The notes: a model not told the origin generated them from the sequence alone. Numbered from the stretch's first letter, positions 10,399 through 21,131 are shown. The stretch is DNA of 64,000 bases from Chthonomonas calidirosea (GCA_945859975.1 CAMAPH010000010.1:1-64000); one strand, 5' to 3'. Translations and numbers: made by a program.

Positions 10399-11245
10399 CG
10401 CGTTCGCCGAAACTTACGGCGAACTTCAATCCCGAATCGCAACCGCGAAGCCTGCGGAGGTGGTCGCGGCAGTCCGAGAGTCAACGCTACTCACGACCGA
10501 CAAGCAGCTTCGAAGCCTCCTCGAATCAAAGGAGCCCGTCGCAAAGCGAGCCACTAGCCTGCGGGACTGGGTCGGAACGCGCGCCTGGGCGGCAACCGTC
10601 GCGCCGAAACAAGATGGCAAAGCGCTTGCAGAAAAGGCGAAGCGGTCACGCTTATACATCGACCAGGCGGAAAAAGCAAAGAGCAACTGGCTAGAGAATG
10701 CCTTCAAGGGCCTCCAGTTCAACTTTCCGCAGCCCAAGCTGAATCCGAATTCAAATCCATTTGGAGGTCTTTTTAGCGGCCCATTGCTCGTTCAGATCAT
10801 GTGGGGACTGCTTGCCTTGGCGGGCATCGCGCTAGCTTGGTTTGCCGTCCAGCACATCCGCAAAATCCAGAGTCGCAAACGGGTCGCGACGGCGATCCTG
10901 GAAGAAGACGAGCCCGAGCGAACGGTGGACGAATGGCTCGCCCAGGCAGATGCCCTCGCGGCCGAAGGTCGGCACCGGGAAAGCGTCCGCTGTCTCTACC
11001 TGGCGACCCTCCTCCGAATCGACGAAGCCGGTGTCGCACGCTTTGAGCGGAGTGAAACCAACTGGGAACACCTCTCTCGAATCGAAGCGAGCAACAAACT
11101 GCCCGCCGAAATCGAGTTCCGGACTCCGACCAAAGCCTTCGACCGGATCTGGTACGGCTTTATGGTCCGTGGCCAAGCTGATGTCGATGAGTTTCGCGCG
11201 ATCTATCAGAACGTTCGGCAGGCCCTGAGAGGGGTGAAGAGTTGA
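10331..11245 (+). CDS. DUF4129 domain-containing protein
   Basis: A.ALAAEG.HRESVRCLYLA.L, TNWEHL, FDRIWYG; GGAGG just upstream of ATG 10331. Confidence 0.8.
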   Translation: MTLRSWHKKLVLLVVVVSTLLSSAFAETYGELQSRIATAKPAEVVAAVRESTLLTTDKQLRSLLESKEPVAKRATSLRDWVGTRAWAATVAPKQDGKALAEKAKRSRLYIDQAEKAKSNWLENAFKGLQFNFPQPKLNPNSNPFGGLFSGPLLVQIMWGLLALAGIALAWFAVQHIRKIQSRKRVATAILEEDEPERTVDEWLAQADALAAEGRHRESVRCLYLATLLRIDEAGVARFERSETNWEHLSRIEASNKLPAEIEFRTPTKAFDRIWYGFMVRGQADVDEFRAIYQNVRQALRGVKS

Positions 11246-12360
11246 AAACAAAGTGGATCGCCGCCACCGCGTGGCTCTTGGTTGGAATCCTTCTCGTAAG
11301 TGGCGCGAGCCTTTGGATCGGAAAGCGAAGTTACCAAACCTTCCCGTCCGCAAACTCAGTCGATCCTTCTGGCTTACAAGCATTCCAAGACACCTTGCGC
11401 ACTACCGGAGCAACCATCGTGGTGGACCGACGCGGAAAGCCGCAGGTTCATCCATCCGACTTCGTCATTGTCTCAGGAATTGAAAAGACCGGCCTCAACG
11501 TGCTTACGGAGGCCGGGCCGAAACCAGACCCGGCATCCTCCTTCAATGTTCGTCAGCACGTCCGCGACGGCGGCACCGCGGTGTTGCTTTCCTACCCCCA
11601 GAACTTTAAGGACCGAACTGCACTCGCCAAGTCCGAGCCTGAGACCGTAACTCTCGCAAGCGGTGTTAAAAAACGAATCACCCCGGGAGATGAGGAGACT
11701 TCCCGCGAATTTGATGACGCCGTTCCGTCACCATACGTCGAGCTTGCAAAGGGGGAGAATTGGCTTGCTGTCGGGCGAGTGGTCGGCAAAGGCAAAATAC
11801 TCGCGATCAATGACGCGACTCTGATCACCAATCGGTTCATTGCGGCCCACGATAACGCAGAAGTCGTTCTGGGTCTCATCCAAGATCTCGTCAAGCCCGG
11901 TCAACGCATCGTCTTCATCGAAAGGGATTTCAACCGACGGGACCCATCTCTCCTCGACATCCTTGGGCCCGAGACCACCGCTGCGTTCTACCAGTGCCTC
12001 TTTGTTCTGTTTGTTATTGCCTGGAGCCTCGGCAAGCGTTTCGGAGAGCCCGACGCCGAGCGCGTCGCCCAGCGCGGGAATCGGGATTTGCTCCTCGCCA
12101 TTCGCGACACCTATGCCAGAGCCCAGCGCCACGACGCGGCGATTCAAACCAGCATCGATCGCGCGGAAATGCTCATCCGCAAACGAACTCGCTCAGATAT
12201 TTCCCTGCCAAATTATGCGAAGACCCATCCAGCCGTGGATGCCGAGTATCGAAGACTCCTCAATCTTCAAGTTCTTGCCGTCCCGGCAGAAGCAGAATGG
12301 CTCGAAGCCATCCAATCTTTCGAGCACGAAGTCGAAGAATCGTTCAAAACCCCGGTTTAG
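11242..12360 (+). CDS. DUF4350 domain-containing protein
   Basis: S.....PSGL.AF, GKGKI, LITNRFI..HDNA, GKRFG.P; translationally coupled to the DUF4129 gene. Confidence 0.7.
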   Translation: MKTKWIAATAWLLVGILLVSGASLWIGKRSYQTFPSANSVDPSGLQAFQDTLRTTGATIVVDRRGKPQVHPSDFVIVSGIEKTGLNVLTEAGPKPDPASSFNVRQHVRDGGTAVLLSYPQNFKDRTALAKSEPETVTLASGVKKRITPGDEETSREFDDAVPSPYVELAKGENWLAVGRVVGKGKILAINDATLITNRFIAAHDNAEVVLGLIQDLVKPGQRIVFIERDFNRRDPSLLDILGPETTAAFYQCLFVLFVIAWSLGKRFGEPDAERVAQRGNRDLLLAIRDTYARAQRHDAAIQTSIDRAEMLIRKRTRSDISLPNYAKTHPAVDAEYRRLLNLQVLAVPAEAEWLEAIQSFEHEVEESFKTPV

Positions 12361-12398
12361 TGGACTCACGGGCTCCGTCAGGTGTGGATACTTAGGGC

Positions 12399-12776
12399 AT
12401 GCGCGCAATGACAGTTTCAATCGCGGTGCTCTTGGCATCCGCCGCAATGGCTCAGACCGCTCCGCCGAAGGACGAAAAGCCTGCTCCACTTCCAGCATCG
12501 CTGGTCCCGCTCGAGAAAAAGTACAAGGCGACGAAAGCCGTCTTCGTGAAGAAGCCAAAAGATAAAGTAGCCCGAGAGTCATTTATCAAGGCAACCACGA
12601 TCTTCGGTCACGAAACCATGGTCCACCCCGAACTGCCAGCGCGAACCAAGTACCGCGACGCCCTTCGGCTCTACCGAGAGGTCCTAAAGCTCGAACCAAA
12701 CCACCCGGTCGCCAAGAAAGAGCACGACCTCATCGTTTCCATCTATGAACAGATGGGTCGACCTGTTCCGAAGTAA
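12399..12776 (+). CDS. Secreted TPR-like protein
   Basis: Signal peptide; YRDALRLYREVLKLEPNHPVA TPR-like helix pair. Confidence 0.6.
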   Translation: MRAMTVSIAVLLASAAMAQTAPPKDEKPAPLPASLVPLEKKYKATKAVFVKKPKDKVARESFIKATTIFGHETMVHPELPARTKYRDALRLYREVLKLEPNHPVAKKEHDLIVSIYEQMGRPVPK

Positions 12777-12788
12777 TTCTCCGAAAAC

Positions 12789-14642
12789 ATGACCGAGGTA
12801 TCGCCGGAAGAAAGGCGCGAGATTGAAGGGAAATTTGTCCGCAATCTCGCCATTGCTGCTGCCATTCTGGCCGGATTGCCCGCAATCATCGCGTGGCAAT
12901 CCGTCCCGATTGGCGGCGTTTACTTAGGCCACCAGTTCGCCACCGACGACCACATGGTCTATGCCGCTTGGATGCGGCAAGCCATGGACGGTCGCTTCCT
13001 TTTCGACAACCGATTCACAACGGATGCCCAGCCCGGGCTCACGATCCACCTGTACTTCTTGGTTATGGGCTGGATTGCGAAGCTGATCGGGATTCCCGTG
13101 ACCACCCTTGTCGCCCGGATGGGTTTGTCGGCGGCGTTCGTGTTCCTGCTTCACCGGCTCGTTCGGCGCATGGATTGGACCATCCATGCCACCAAGCTCT
13201 CCCTCCTTTTCTCTGTGCTTGGTGGAGGCGTGGGATTTGCCCTTTGGCATGACTTTGGCGTTGCCATCGTCAAACCAGCACCAGACTTTTTGAACCAAAT
13301 CCTCATGGGACGGTTGCCCATTGATACGTGGCAACCGGAAGGTTTCGTTCTCTCGTCCATGCTCACCAACGGGCTGTTCATGGTGAGCCTTTGCCTGATC
13401 CTCTACATTTTCGATTGCTTCCTGGAAGCAGAGGAAAGCTGGAAACCGGTTCTGCCCGGGGCAATTACATTCGGGGTGCTGATGAACATCCACAGCTACG
13501 ACGTGCTGCTCATCGGCATGGTGATGTTTGGATTCCTTTTGATGGCCTGGGCCCGAGACAAGGCGACGAAAGCATGGATCATTCGCTCGCTCGCTATTTC
13601 GGCTGGAATCATCCCTGCTGCGCTTTGGTTCATCTATGTCTTACGCGAAGACCCGGTGTTCCAAGCTCGCGCCGCGACGGAGACGTTCTCGCCGAACTTT
13701 AGACAAGTTCTGTTCGGCTACTTCTTCCTCATTTTGCTTGCGGTGCCAACTTTATTCGCATCGCGAGATGGCAAAAAGCGGCCCTACTTTGCTTCTGGAC
13801 TGTACGTGACCGTGCTGTTGGCCCTCGCCGTTATGGCGCAGAACCACACCGAAGGCTACTTCTTGCCGATGGTGATTTGGGTGTTGCTGTATGGTTTCAC
13901 CGTCTTCCTGCTCTACAGCGTTGCCAACCTAAATTCCGCCCGGAACCTCTTTGTCTCATGGGCCCTCGCTGGAACAATTGCGATCTACTTCCCGATGCTG
14001 TTCCAGCGAAAGCTCGGCATGGGTCTCGTGATTCCATGGGCCGTTCTTGCCGCTGGCGGAGCGGCGATCATTCTCGCGAAGCAGGAGCGATCCGCACGAA
14101 ATCTCGCGACCGCGCTTGCGATCATCATCATCGGTGCGAGCGGTTTCCGGTGGGTCTTCCGCGAAATCACTCTCGCCCAAACCAACGTAGCAAACACGAT
14201 CGTACATCCGGTTTATCTGTCCGCGGATGCGAACAAGGTCATCACCGCGCTCAATGCGATAACCGACAAGAAGGTCGTGGTTGCTCCTCCCGGAATCCCC
14301 GCAAGGGCAGTTGACTCCGCAGGACAAACGATCCCCGACACGTTCCTCACCCCAATCATGCCGGACCTAAATCCGATTGCGAGCGGCTTAACGGGTGCTT
14401 ACACCTACGCGGGTCACTGGAGCGAAACGCCAAAGTACAACGAGAGGCGCGGCGAGCTTGAGCGGTTCTTCTATCGCCCGGGACTGCCCGAAGACAAGAA
14501 GGCTTGGCTCTCCGAAATTGGGGCTACCCACGTGATCGTGCCGTCGCCAGAAGCATTCCCGCAGATGGAGCTACCGGACCTCAGCAGCCTCGGCGAAGTC
14601 GTCGTGCAGGGCACGCAGTTCAGCTTGATCAAAGTGAACTAG
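12789..14642 (+). CDS. Multi-pass membrane protein, probable GT-C-fold glycosyltransferase
   Basis: More than 10 TM helices, DD in first periplasmic loop (TDDHMVY), HSYD, C-terminal soluble domain with YAGHW.ETP. Confidence 0.55.
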   Translation: MTEVSPEERREIEGKFVRNLAIAAAILAGLPAIIAWQSVPIGGVYLGHQFATDDHMVYAAWMRQAMDGRFLFDNRFTTDAQPGLTIHLYFLVMGWIAKLIGIPVTTLVARMGLSAAFVFLLHRLVRRMDWTIHATKLSLLFSVLGGGVGFALWHDFGVAIVKPAPDFLNQILMGRLPIDTWQPEGFVLSSMLTNGLFMVSLCLILYIFDCFLEAEESWKPVLPGAITFGVLMNIHSYDVLLIGMVMFGFLLMAWARDKATKAWIIRSLAISAGIIPAALWFIYVLREDPVFQARAATETFSPNFRQVLFGYFFLILLAVPTLFASRDGKKRPYFASGLYVTVLLALAVMAQNHTEGYFLPMVIWVLLYGFTVFLLYSVANLNSARNLFVSWALAGTIAIYFPMLFQRKLGMGLVIPWAVLAAGGAAIILAKQERSARNLATALAIIIIGASGFRWVFREITLAQTNVANTIVHPVYLSADANKVITALNAITDKKVVVAPPGIPARAVDSAGQTIPDTFLTPIMPDLNPIASGLTGAYTYAGHWSETPKYNERRGELERFFYRPGLPEDKKAWLSEIGATHVIVPSPEAFPQMELPDLSSLGEVVVQGTQFSLIKVN

Positions 14643-15948
14643 AAGATCGTGCGCCAACGACCACGACCCGTGGGCTGCCGCCATAGTAGCTTGTGCCGAG
14701 GTTCTCGCTCTTCACAACCTGACCGTTGACCCGCACGGTGCGGAATGCCGAAACAACTCGGGCAGGCGCGCCACCCTCAACGACTCGTCTGGCCCCCGCG
14801 GCCAAATTGCGATCAACGACGGTTCGAACCCCGCGCGTCCGAGTCGAAACCCGCCCCTGACTCACTGTGACTTGTTGGCCAGGAACTTTCTGTCCGAGAA
14901 TCCGGAAGGTCAGAGCACCTGGTGTGTAAGTCGAGACCACCGCAATCGGCGCGTCCGTCGTGTTTTGCAGGACAAGGTCAATGTTGCCAAAGTCGACGGT
15001 TGCATCTCGGCCAAGCGGCACATACGGAACCGGCAACGAATGGTTCTGTCGCTGAGGGATGCCTAGGTTAGCAAAGAGAGCTGCGTTGTATAGCGTTGTG
15101 CTGACCTGGCAGATGCCACCACCGACGCCCGTGTCGTGCTTTCCGTTGATATAAACGCCCGCGACCTTAAATCCGCGCTTGATCGTTCGCCGACCTACTG
15201 TGTCGTTGTAGCTCAGCTTTTCGCCCGGCATCAGCACCTGGCCGTTGAAGAAACTCGCGGCGAGTTGGATGTTGCTGCTTCGGGGGCGATTGCCAGCCGA
15301 GAAGCGGGTGGTGTACTCGCTAACGACTTCTTTCACCTTCGCGAGTTCTTCATCTGGCACGCGCTTCTTGCCTTCGATGATCGGAACCGGCGTTGGCTCA
15401 AGCTTGGGCAACATCTCTTGAACCGCCTTCTGGAGTTTGGCCGCGTCCAGAACGAGGTTGGCTCGTTCTTTCCGAACTAAAATCGCTCCTTTGCTGTAGG
15501 TGACGCGAGCGGGTTCTGGCTCAGGGCTTGCTTGAACGACCGCTTCGTAAAGCGAAGTGTCTATCTTGCCTTCGGCCTTGAAAACTAGCTTGGCGTCAAT
15601 CCGCTCGTCTGGCAGTTGTCCGGCAAACGCCTTTCCGTCGGTTACAAGGTCGCTCATCGGAAGCGGAGCAACGGTAGCTTCGTCATCAAGAACGATGCCG
15701 AATTTGCTCGGGGTGAGTTCAGGGAGATTTGAAACGACGTCACTCGTGAGCGGCACGGGTTTCAGGCGCTCGGTTTCCCACCAAGACCGCAAGCGAAATC
15801 GTGCTTGCTCGGGCGTCAATCCGCCAACGCTGACCTGGCCAACATAGGTGTTTGGCCGGATCGTAGCTGGCTTTTGAAAGAAGGCCACGGGAAGGCCAAT
15901 CACTACGCATCCAAGCGCAGAAAAGGTGATGGTCTTCGCGTGTTTCAT
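14629..15948 (-). CDS. VanW family protein with PG-binding and G5-like regions
   Basis: R.SNIQLAA, GVGGGICQVSTTLYNAAL, HSLPVPYVPLGRDATV. Confidence 0.9.
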   Translation of the reverse strand: MKHAKTITFSALGCVVIGLPVAFFQKPATIRPNTYVGQVSVGGLTPEQARFRLRSWWETERLKPVPLTSDVVSNLPELTPSKFGIVLDDEATVAPLPMSDLVTDGKAFAGQLPDERIDAKLVFKAEGKIDTSLYEAVVQASPEPEPARVTYSKGAILVRKERANLVLDAAKLQKAVQEMLPKLEPTPVPIIEGKKRVPDEELAKVKEVVSEYTTRFSAGNRPRSSNIQLAASFFNGQVLMPGEKLSYNDTVGRRTIKRGFKVAGVYINGKHDTGVGGGICQVSTTLYNAALFANLGIPQRQNHSLPVPYVPLGRDATVDFGNIDLVLQNTTDAPIAVVSTYTPGALTFRILGQKVPGQQVTVSQGRVSTRTRGVRTVVDRNLAAGARRVVEGGAPARVVSAFRTVRVNGQVVKSENLGTSYYGGSPRVVVVGARSSSSL

Positions 15949-16072
15949 CGTTGTCTAATGACTTGAATCAAGTCCTTAAGTTCCATTATGGATGTTCGCC
16001 AAATCGCTTTACACGTTCTTAATAATTTGGGTGACACCCATTTGAGAAAAACCGACCAAGTACACTCCAGAA

Positions 16073-16945
16073 ATGCCCAAGGTCGTCTGGTTCAACGGAA
16101 CCGTCACTCCATTTGAGTCTGCAGTCGTGCCCGCGATGGATCACGCTCACCTTTACGGTGATGGAATTTTCGAAGGGATTCGCATCTACGACCGAAAGGT
16201 TTTCAAACTCGACGAGCACCTCGAGCGGTTCTATCACGGCATCAACTACATGGGCTTCGACATGCCCTACGACTACGCCACTTTGCATGCCGCAATCCTT
16301 GATACGGCCCGCGCGGCAGACATTGATAACGGCTATATCCGCTTAAACGTCACCCGCGGCACCGGCCTCGGCCTTGACCCAAAGAAACTTGAGAGCCGAG
16401 CCAACGTCATGATCGGCATCTCCACCCTGGCGCTGTACCCGCCCGAGTCGTATGAAACCGGACTTCACGTCGTCACTGCGCCAATCCGCGTGATTTCCCC
16501 CGACGCCCTAGACCCGCGTCTAAAGTGCATCGGTCGCTATGCCGGCAACATCATGGCCAAGCAGTTTGCCAACCGCGCCGGAGCCGGTGAAGCTCTCATG
16601 CTTAACGCCCAAGGCAACATCGCGGAATGCACGGGAGACAACATCTTCTTGATCCAGAACGGAATTCTGCGAACCCCGCACTCGTCGAGCGGAATCCTCA
16701 AGGGCATCACCCGAGACACGGTCCTCATGCTCGCCAAAGACGCCGGGATTCAAACCGAGGAAACCACTCTCACTCCGTTTGACCTGAGCGCCTGTTCCGA
16801 AGCGTTCCTCACTGGAACTGCCGCCGAAGTCATCCCGATGGTCACGATCGACGACCGTCTCATCGGCGACGGAAAGCCTGGCCCGGTCACGAAGCAACTG
16901 ATCAGCCTGTTCCGAGAGCACACGAAAATCGGCACCGCCTTTTGA
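16073..16945 (+). CDS. ilvE: Branched-chain amino acid aminotransferase (class IV)
   Basis: YGDGIFEGIR, AECTGDNIF, GILKGITRDTV, EAFLTGTAAEVIP. Confidence 0.9.
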   Translation: MPKVVWFNGTVTPFESAVVPAMDHAHLYGDGIFEGIRIYDRKVFKLDEHLERFYHGINYMGFDMPYDYATLHAAILDTARAADIDNGYIRLNVTRGTGLGLDPKKLESRANVMIGISTLALYPPESYETGLHVVTAPIRVISPDALDPRLKCIGRYAGNIMAKQFANRAGAGEALMLNAQGNIAECTGDNIFLIQNGILRTPHSSSGILKGITRDTVLMLAKDAGIQTEETTLTPFDLSACSEAFLTGTAAEVIPMVTIDDRLIGDGKPGPVTKQLISLFREHTKIGTAF

Positions 16946-17229
16946 ACCTGACCTGCTCCGTTTGCGGATCGTCTGCCGTCCTTTCCATTAAGGAAAACGG
17001 CGAGACCGATGCTGTGTGTGACTCTTGCGTACGCAAGAGAGCGCCGTATTCGGGCTTTCCCGAGTTCATCGGTGCATTCAAGCGAGCGGCCCGACCTACC
17101 AAGGTCTGTCCGTATTGCGAGATCACGGAGGAGAAGGTCGTCGCTACCGGTTTGGTCGGATGCCCATTGTGTTACGTCGCACTAGAATCTGCAGTGGAGT
17201 CAGTGCTCAAGTCCGTCGCCGCGGAATGA
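16942..17229 (+). CDS. Small McsA-like protein with four CxxC motifs
   Basis: CSVC, CDSC, CPYC, TGLVGCPLCY; overlaps the ilvE stop. Confidence 0.6.
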   Translation: MNLTCSVCGSSAVLSIKENGETDAVCDSCVRKRAPYSGFPEFIGAFKRAARPTKVCPYCEITEEKVVATGLVGCPLCYVALESAVESVLKSVAAE

Positions 17230-17254
17230 GCGCCAAATCCCGCTCCGAGAACTC

Positions 17255-17977
17255 ATGAAATTCAGAACCCTCAACGCAATCGTGCTGATTCTGGCCACCG
17301 TATTTATGCTGGTCGGCTGCGGCGGGGGCGGCGGTGGGACCACGGCAAAATCGAACGTCAAGGTCATCAACGCGATCCCGGACCTTGGCGCCACGCTCGA
17401 AACCCAGATTAACGGACTCATTGCCGGTACATCGTCTGCCTACCTTGCCGACACTGCGTTCTTCTCCATTGAGCCGGCCGACGTAGACCTCGCCATCAAG
17501 GAAACGGGCACCGTCGAGGACTTCGACATCCTCGCCAACGTTTTCAACTCCAACGCCTCGTACATCGTGGCGGGCATGGGCATCAAAAACTTCGGCACCG
17601 AGTTCGAAAAGCGTCCGCGAATCGGGTTATTTGAAGTCAATCGCGCCGAGCCCAACGGCAGCAAAGCCCGCGTCTTCGTGCTCAACGCCCTCGTTGGTCC
17701 CGCAGAGTTTCCGAGCCCGGACATCGACTTCCAAGACGGCGATCTGCCCCGCTTCCCCTTTAACGACATCGAGTTCTCGAAGGCGAAGGTGCTGACCCTT
17801 GACACCGGGACCTACACCTACGAAGCAAGAGCAAACGATTCCGAACTCGTCTACGCTTCGTCAGCGCTGACCTTCCAGAGCGGCAAGGTTTACTTCGTCG
17901 TCGTCGGTGGAGTTGTGAACGGATCTGGTACTTCGGCACCGACGGTCCGCGTTTTCGAACTGCCCGTAGTTGACTGA
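17255..17977 (+). CDS. DUF4397-like lipoprotein
   Basis: Lipobox LVGC followed by a Gly run; VKVINAIPD and ARVFVLNA duplicated domains. Confidence 0.7.
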   Translation: MKFRTLNAIVLILATVFMLVGCGGGGGGTTAKSNVKVINAIPDLGATLETQINGLIAGTSSAYLADTAFFSIEPADVDLAIKETGTVEDFDILANVFNSNASYIVAGMGIKNFGTEFEKRPRIGLFEVNRAEPNGSKARVFVLNALVGPAEFPSPDIDFQDGDLPRFPFNDIEFSKAKVLTLDTGTYTYEARANDSELVYASSALTFQSGKVYFVVVGGVVNGSGTSAPTVRVFELPVVD

Positions 17978-18004
17978 TCTGCCAGCTTGCGGTAACGTTC
18001 CGCG

Positions 18005-21000
18005 ATGGGCGTTCATCGTCATTTCACGCGAATTCCGGTTCTTGGAATCGTCTCCCTCGTTGCCCTCAGCGCCTCGGCGCGAGCGCAGACCGTCTCTCCA
18101 GATGCATTTGGCGGTCTGAAGTGGCGAGAAATCGGCCCGTTCCGGGGCGGACGCTCTTTGGCCGTGGCGGGCAGCACCCAGCGCCCAGATGAGTACTTCT
18201 TTGGCGCCACCGGTGGCGGAGTTTGGAAGACCACCGACGCCGGAAAATCCTGGAAGCCCGTCTCCGATGGCTTCTTTAAGACAGCCTCCGTCGGCGCCCT
18301 TGCCGTTGCCCCCTCGAATCCCGACATCATTGTCGCGGGCACCGGTGAACGAGACATCCGCGGCAACATCTCCCATGGCGATGGCGTGTACAAGTCCACC
18401 GACGCCGGTAAGACCTGGCAGAAAATCGGCCTCGAAGCCGCCCAATCCATTGCCCGCGTCGTGATCCACCCAACAAATCCCGACGTCATCTACGTCGCCG
18501 CCCTCGGCCACATTTATGCCCACCCGAAGGTGAAGCCCAGCTACGACCGAGGCGTGTACAAGTCGATCGACGGCGGAAAATCCTGGGCGCACATCCTCCC
18601 CGGGGACGCCCGAACTGGATCGGTGAACATCGTCCTTGATCCGAAGAATCCTGAGACCATCCTCGCCGCGATGTGGGAAGCCTGGCGCAGCCCTTACACC
18701 ATGAACAGCGGCGGCCCTGGATCGAAGCTGATGAAATCCACCGACGGCGGCAAATCCTGGACCGACCTCAGCCGAAAGAAAGGAATGCCCGAAGGCGTCC
18801 ACGGCAAAATCGGCATGGCCATTTCTCCCGTCGACCCGAAGCGCTACTACGCCATCATCGAAGCCCTCGAAGGCGGAATCTTGAAGTCTGACGACGCCGG
18901 CGAAACCTGGGAGAAGGTCAACGACGACCGCAACTGGCGACAGCGCGCCTGGTACTACACCCACGTTTACGCCGATCCAAAGGAAAAAGAGGGACTGTAT
19001 GTCCTCAACGTCGGCGCCGGTAAAAGCACCGACGGCGGCAAGAAATTCTCTGGCCTAAGAACGCCGCACTCCGACAATCACGACCTATGGATTGCGCCTG
19101 ACAATCCACTCCGCATGATCAACGCCAACGATGGCGGAGCAAACGTCAGCACCGATGGCGGGAAAACCTGGACGGAGCAAACCTTCCCCACCGCCCAGTT
19201 CTATCACGTCAGCACCGACAACGCCTTCCCCTATCGCATCCTCGGCGCGCAGCAAGATAACAGCACCATCCGAATCCCAAGCCGAACGCAAGGGAACGGA
19301 ATTGGCCTCACCGATTGGACCAGTACCGCGGGCGGCGAAAGCGGCTACGTGGCCGCGAAGCCGAATGACCCCGATTTGGTCTTCGGCGGAAGCTACGGTG
19401 GCGACCTAAGCTGGATCAACCATCGGACCGACCAAAGTGGCAGCGTGGACCCTTGGCCAGATAACCCGATGGGTCACGGCGCCATCGACCTCGTTCAGCG
19501 ATTCCAGTGGACCTACCCAATCGTCTTCTCGCCGCACGATCCAAACCTCCTCTACACCTGCTCGCAATTCGTATTGAAAACCACGAACAACGGCCAGAGC
19601 TGGACCAAGATCAGCCCCGACCTGACCCGGAATGACCCCAGCACGATGGGCCCATCGGGCGGACCAATCACCAAGGACAACACGAGCGTCGAGTACTACG
19701 GCACCGTCTTCACCGTCGCCGAATCGCCCAAGAAGCGCGGCACCATCTGGGCTGGATCAGACGACGGTTTAGTCCACATCACCCAAGATGGCGGAAAATC
19801 CTGGACTAAGATCACCCCGAAAGGCGTCCCCGATTGGGCGCTCATCAGCATGGTGGACCCATCACCGCACAAAGCCGGAACCGCCTACCTCGCCGTGGAT
19901 AACCACGAAAACGACGACCTCCGCCCCTACGCCTTCCGAACCGACGACTTCGGCAAAACTTGGACGTCCATCACAAACGGCCTGCCCAACAACGCCTTCC
20001 TTCGCGTCATTCGCGAAGATCGAAAGCGTCCCGGCCTCCTGTATGCCGGAACCGAAATCGGCATCTACGTCAGCTTCGACAACGGTTCGAATTGGCAGTC
20101 GCTGGCCCTGAACATGCCCGTCGTGCCGGTTCACGACCTCGCCTGGAAAGACGATGACCTCATCGCCGCAACCCACGGCCGATCGTTCTGGGTCCTCGAC
20201 GACCTCTCGCCGCTTCAGCAACTCGCACCAAGCCAGAAGCTCGACAAACCCATCCTCTTTGCCCCGCGAGACAGCTACGCCGTCCGATGGGGCGGACGCG
20301 GAAATGCCGCCGCCGGCGCGGGAGCAAACCCTCCTAGCGGCGTCATCGTCAGCTACTACCTGCCGAAGAAAGCAGACAAGATCACCATCGAGTTCTCTGG
20401 CCCCGACGGCAAGGTTTTCCAGACCGCCGCTGGTGCATCAGGCGAGCCTGGATTCCAACGAACCACTGCGTTCTTGCAAGAATCGTCGTGGAAATCCGTC
20501 CCTGGCATGATCCTTTGGGGCGCCTTCCCAAGCTCCCTCATCATGCCCCCCGGCAAATACATGGTTCACCTGACCGTCGATGGCGTCAAGCAATCGGCCA
20601 AATTCAATTGGAAGCACGACCCGCGGATCCCCGCTACCGAAAAGGACCTGCAGGAGAAGCACGTACTCCTGAAGCAAATCGCCAAGCGGACCGATGACGC
20701 GAACAACGCTGTCCTCGAAATCCGCCGAGTGCGGGACGCTTTCGCCGCCAAAAAGACCGAAGCCTCCGCGAAGGGGCTCACGCCAATCGTCAAGGAAATC
20801 GACGACCTGTCGGGAATGCTTACTCGAATTGAGGAAGCGATCTACCAGACCAAGAACCGCAGCGGCCAAGACCCGTTGAACTACCCAATTCGATTGAACA
20901 ACCGAATCGGCGCGCTCATGAACGTGGTCCAATCTGGCGCTGGTCGCCCGACCGCCCAGTCGCGCGAGGTCTACAAAATGCTCGACGACCTCCTCGACAC

Positions 21001-21112
21001 CCAGCTACGGAATCTGTCAAAGGTCATCGCAGCCTTCATAGAGACCAACGGAAAGCTAAAGCAAAACCAAATCGCCGAGGTCCCCAACCTCGTGCCCAAC
21101 CCAGGCAAGTAA
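18005..21112 (+). CDS. Secreted BNR/Asp-box (VPS10/sortilin-like) glycosyl hydrolase
   Basis: WREIGPFRGGR; many S/TxDxGxTW Asp-boxes; ATHGRSFW. Confidence 0.9.
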   Translation: MGVHRHFTRIPVLGIVSLVALSASARAQTVSPDAFGGLKWREIGPFRGGRSLAVAGSTQRPDEYFFGATGGGVWKTTDAGKSWKPVSDGFFKTASVGALAVAPSNPDIIVAGTGERDIRGNISHGDGVYKSTDAGKTWQKIGLEAAQSIARVVIHPTNPDVIYVAALGHIYAHPKVKPSYDRGVYKSIDGGKSWAHILPGDARTGSVNIVLDPKNPETILAAMWEAWRSPYTMNSGGPGSKLMKSTDGGKSWTDLSRKKGMPEGVHGKIGMAISPVDPKRYYAIIEALEGGILKSDDAGETWEKVNDDRNWRQRAWYYTHVYADPKEKEGLYVLNVGAGKSTDGGKKFSGLRTPHSDNHDLWIAPDNPLRMINANDGGANVSTDGGKTWTEQTFPTAQFYHVSTDNAFPYRILGAQQDNSTIRIPSRTQGNGIGLTDWTSTAGGESGYVAAKPNDPDLVFGGSYGGDLSWINHRTDQSGSVDPWPDNPMGHGAIDLVQRFQWTYPIVFSPHDPNLLYTCSQFVLKTTNNGQSWTKISPDLTRNDPSTMGPSGGPITKDNTSVEYYGTVFTVAESPKKRGTIWAGSDDGLVHITQDGGKSWTKITPKGVPDWALISMVDPSPHKAGTAYLAVDNHENDDLRPYAFRTDDFGKTWTSITNGLPNNAFLRVIREDRKRPGLLYAGTEIGIYVSFDNGSNWQSLALNMPVVPVHDLAWKDDDLIAATHGRSFWVLDDLSPLQQLAPSQKLDKPILFAPRDSYAVRWGGRGNAAAGAGANPPSGVIVSYYLPKKADKITIEFSGPDGKVFQTAAGASGEPGFQRTTAFLQESSWKSVPGMILWGAFPSSLIMPPGKYMVHLTVDGVKQSAKFNWKHDPRIPATEKDLQEKHVLLKQIAKRTDDANNAVLEIRRVRDAFAAKKTEASAKGLTPIVKEIDDLSGMLTRIEEAIYQTKNRSGQDPLNYPIRLNNRIGALMNVVQSGAGRPTAQSREVYKMLDDLLDTQLRNLSKVIAAFIETNGKLKQNQIAEVPNLVPNPGK

Positions 21113-21131
21113 CAGAAATTGCCGGTATTTG

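Noticed and set aside
17861..18964. Long antisense ORFs (also 21965..22921, 25080..26111, 35367..36176, 46540..47709)
   Set aside because: Shadows of well-supported genes on the opposite strand in GC-rich DNA, with no motifs
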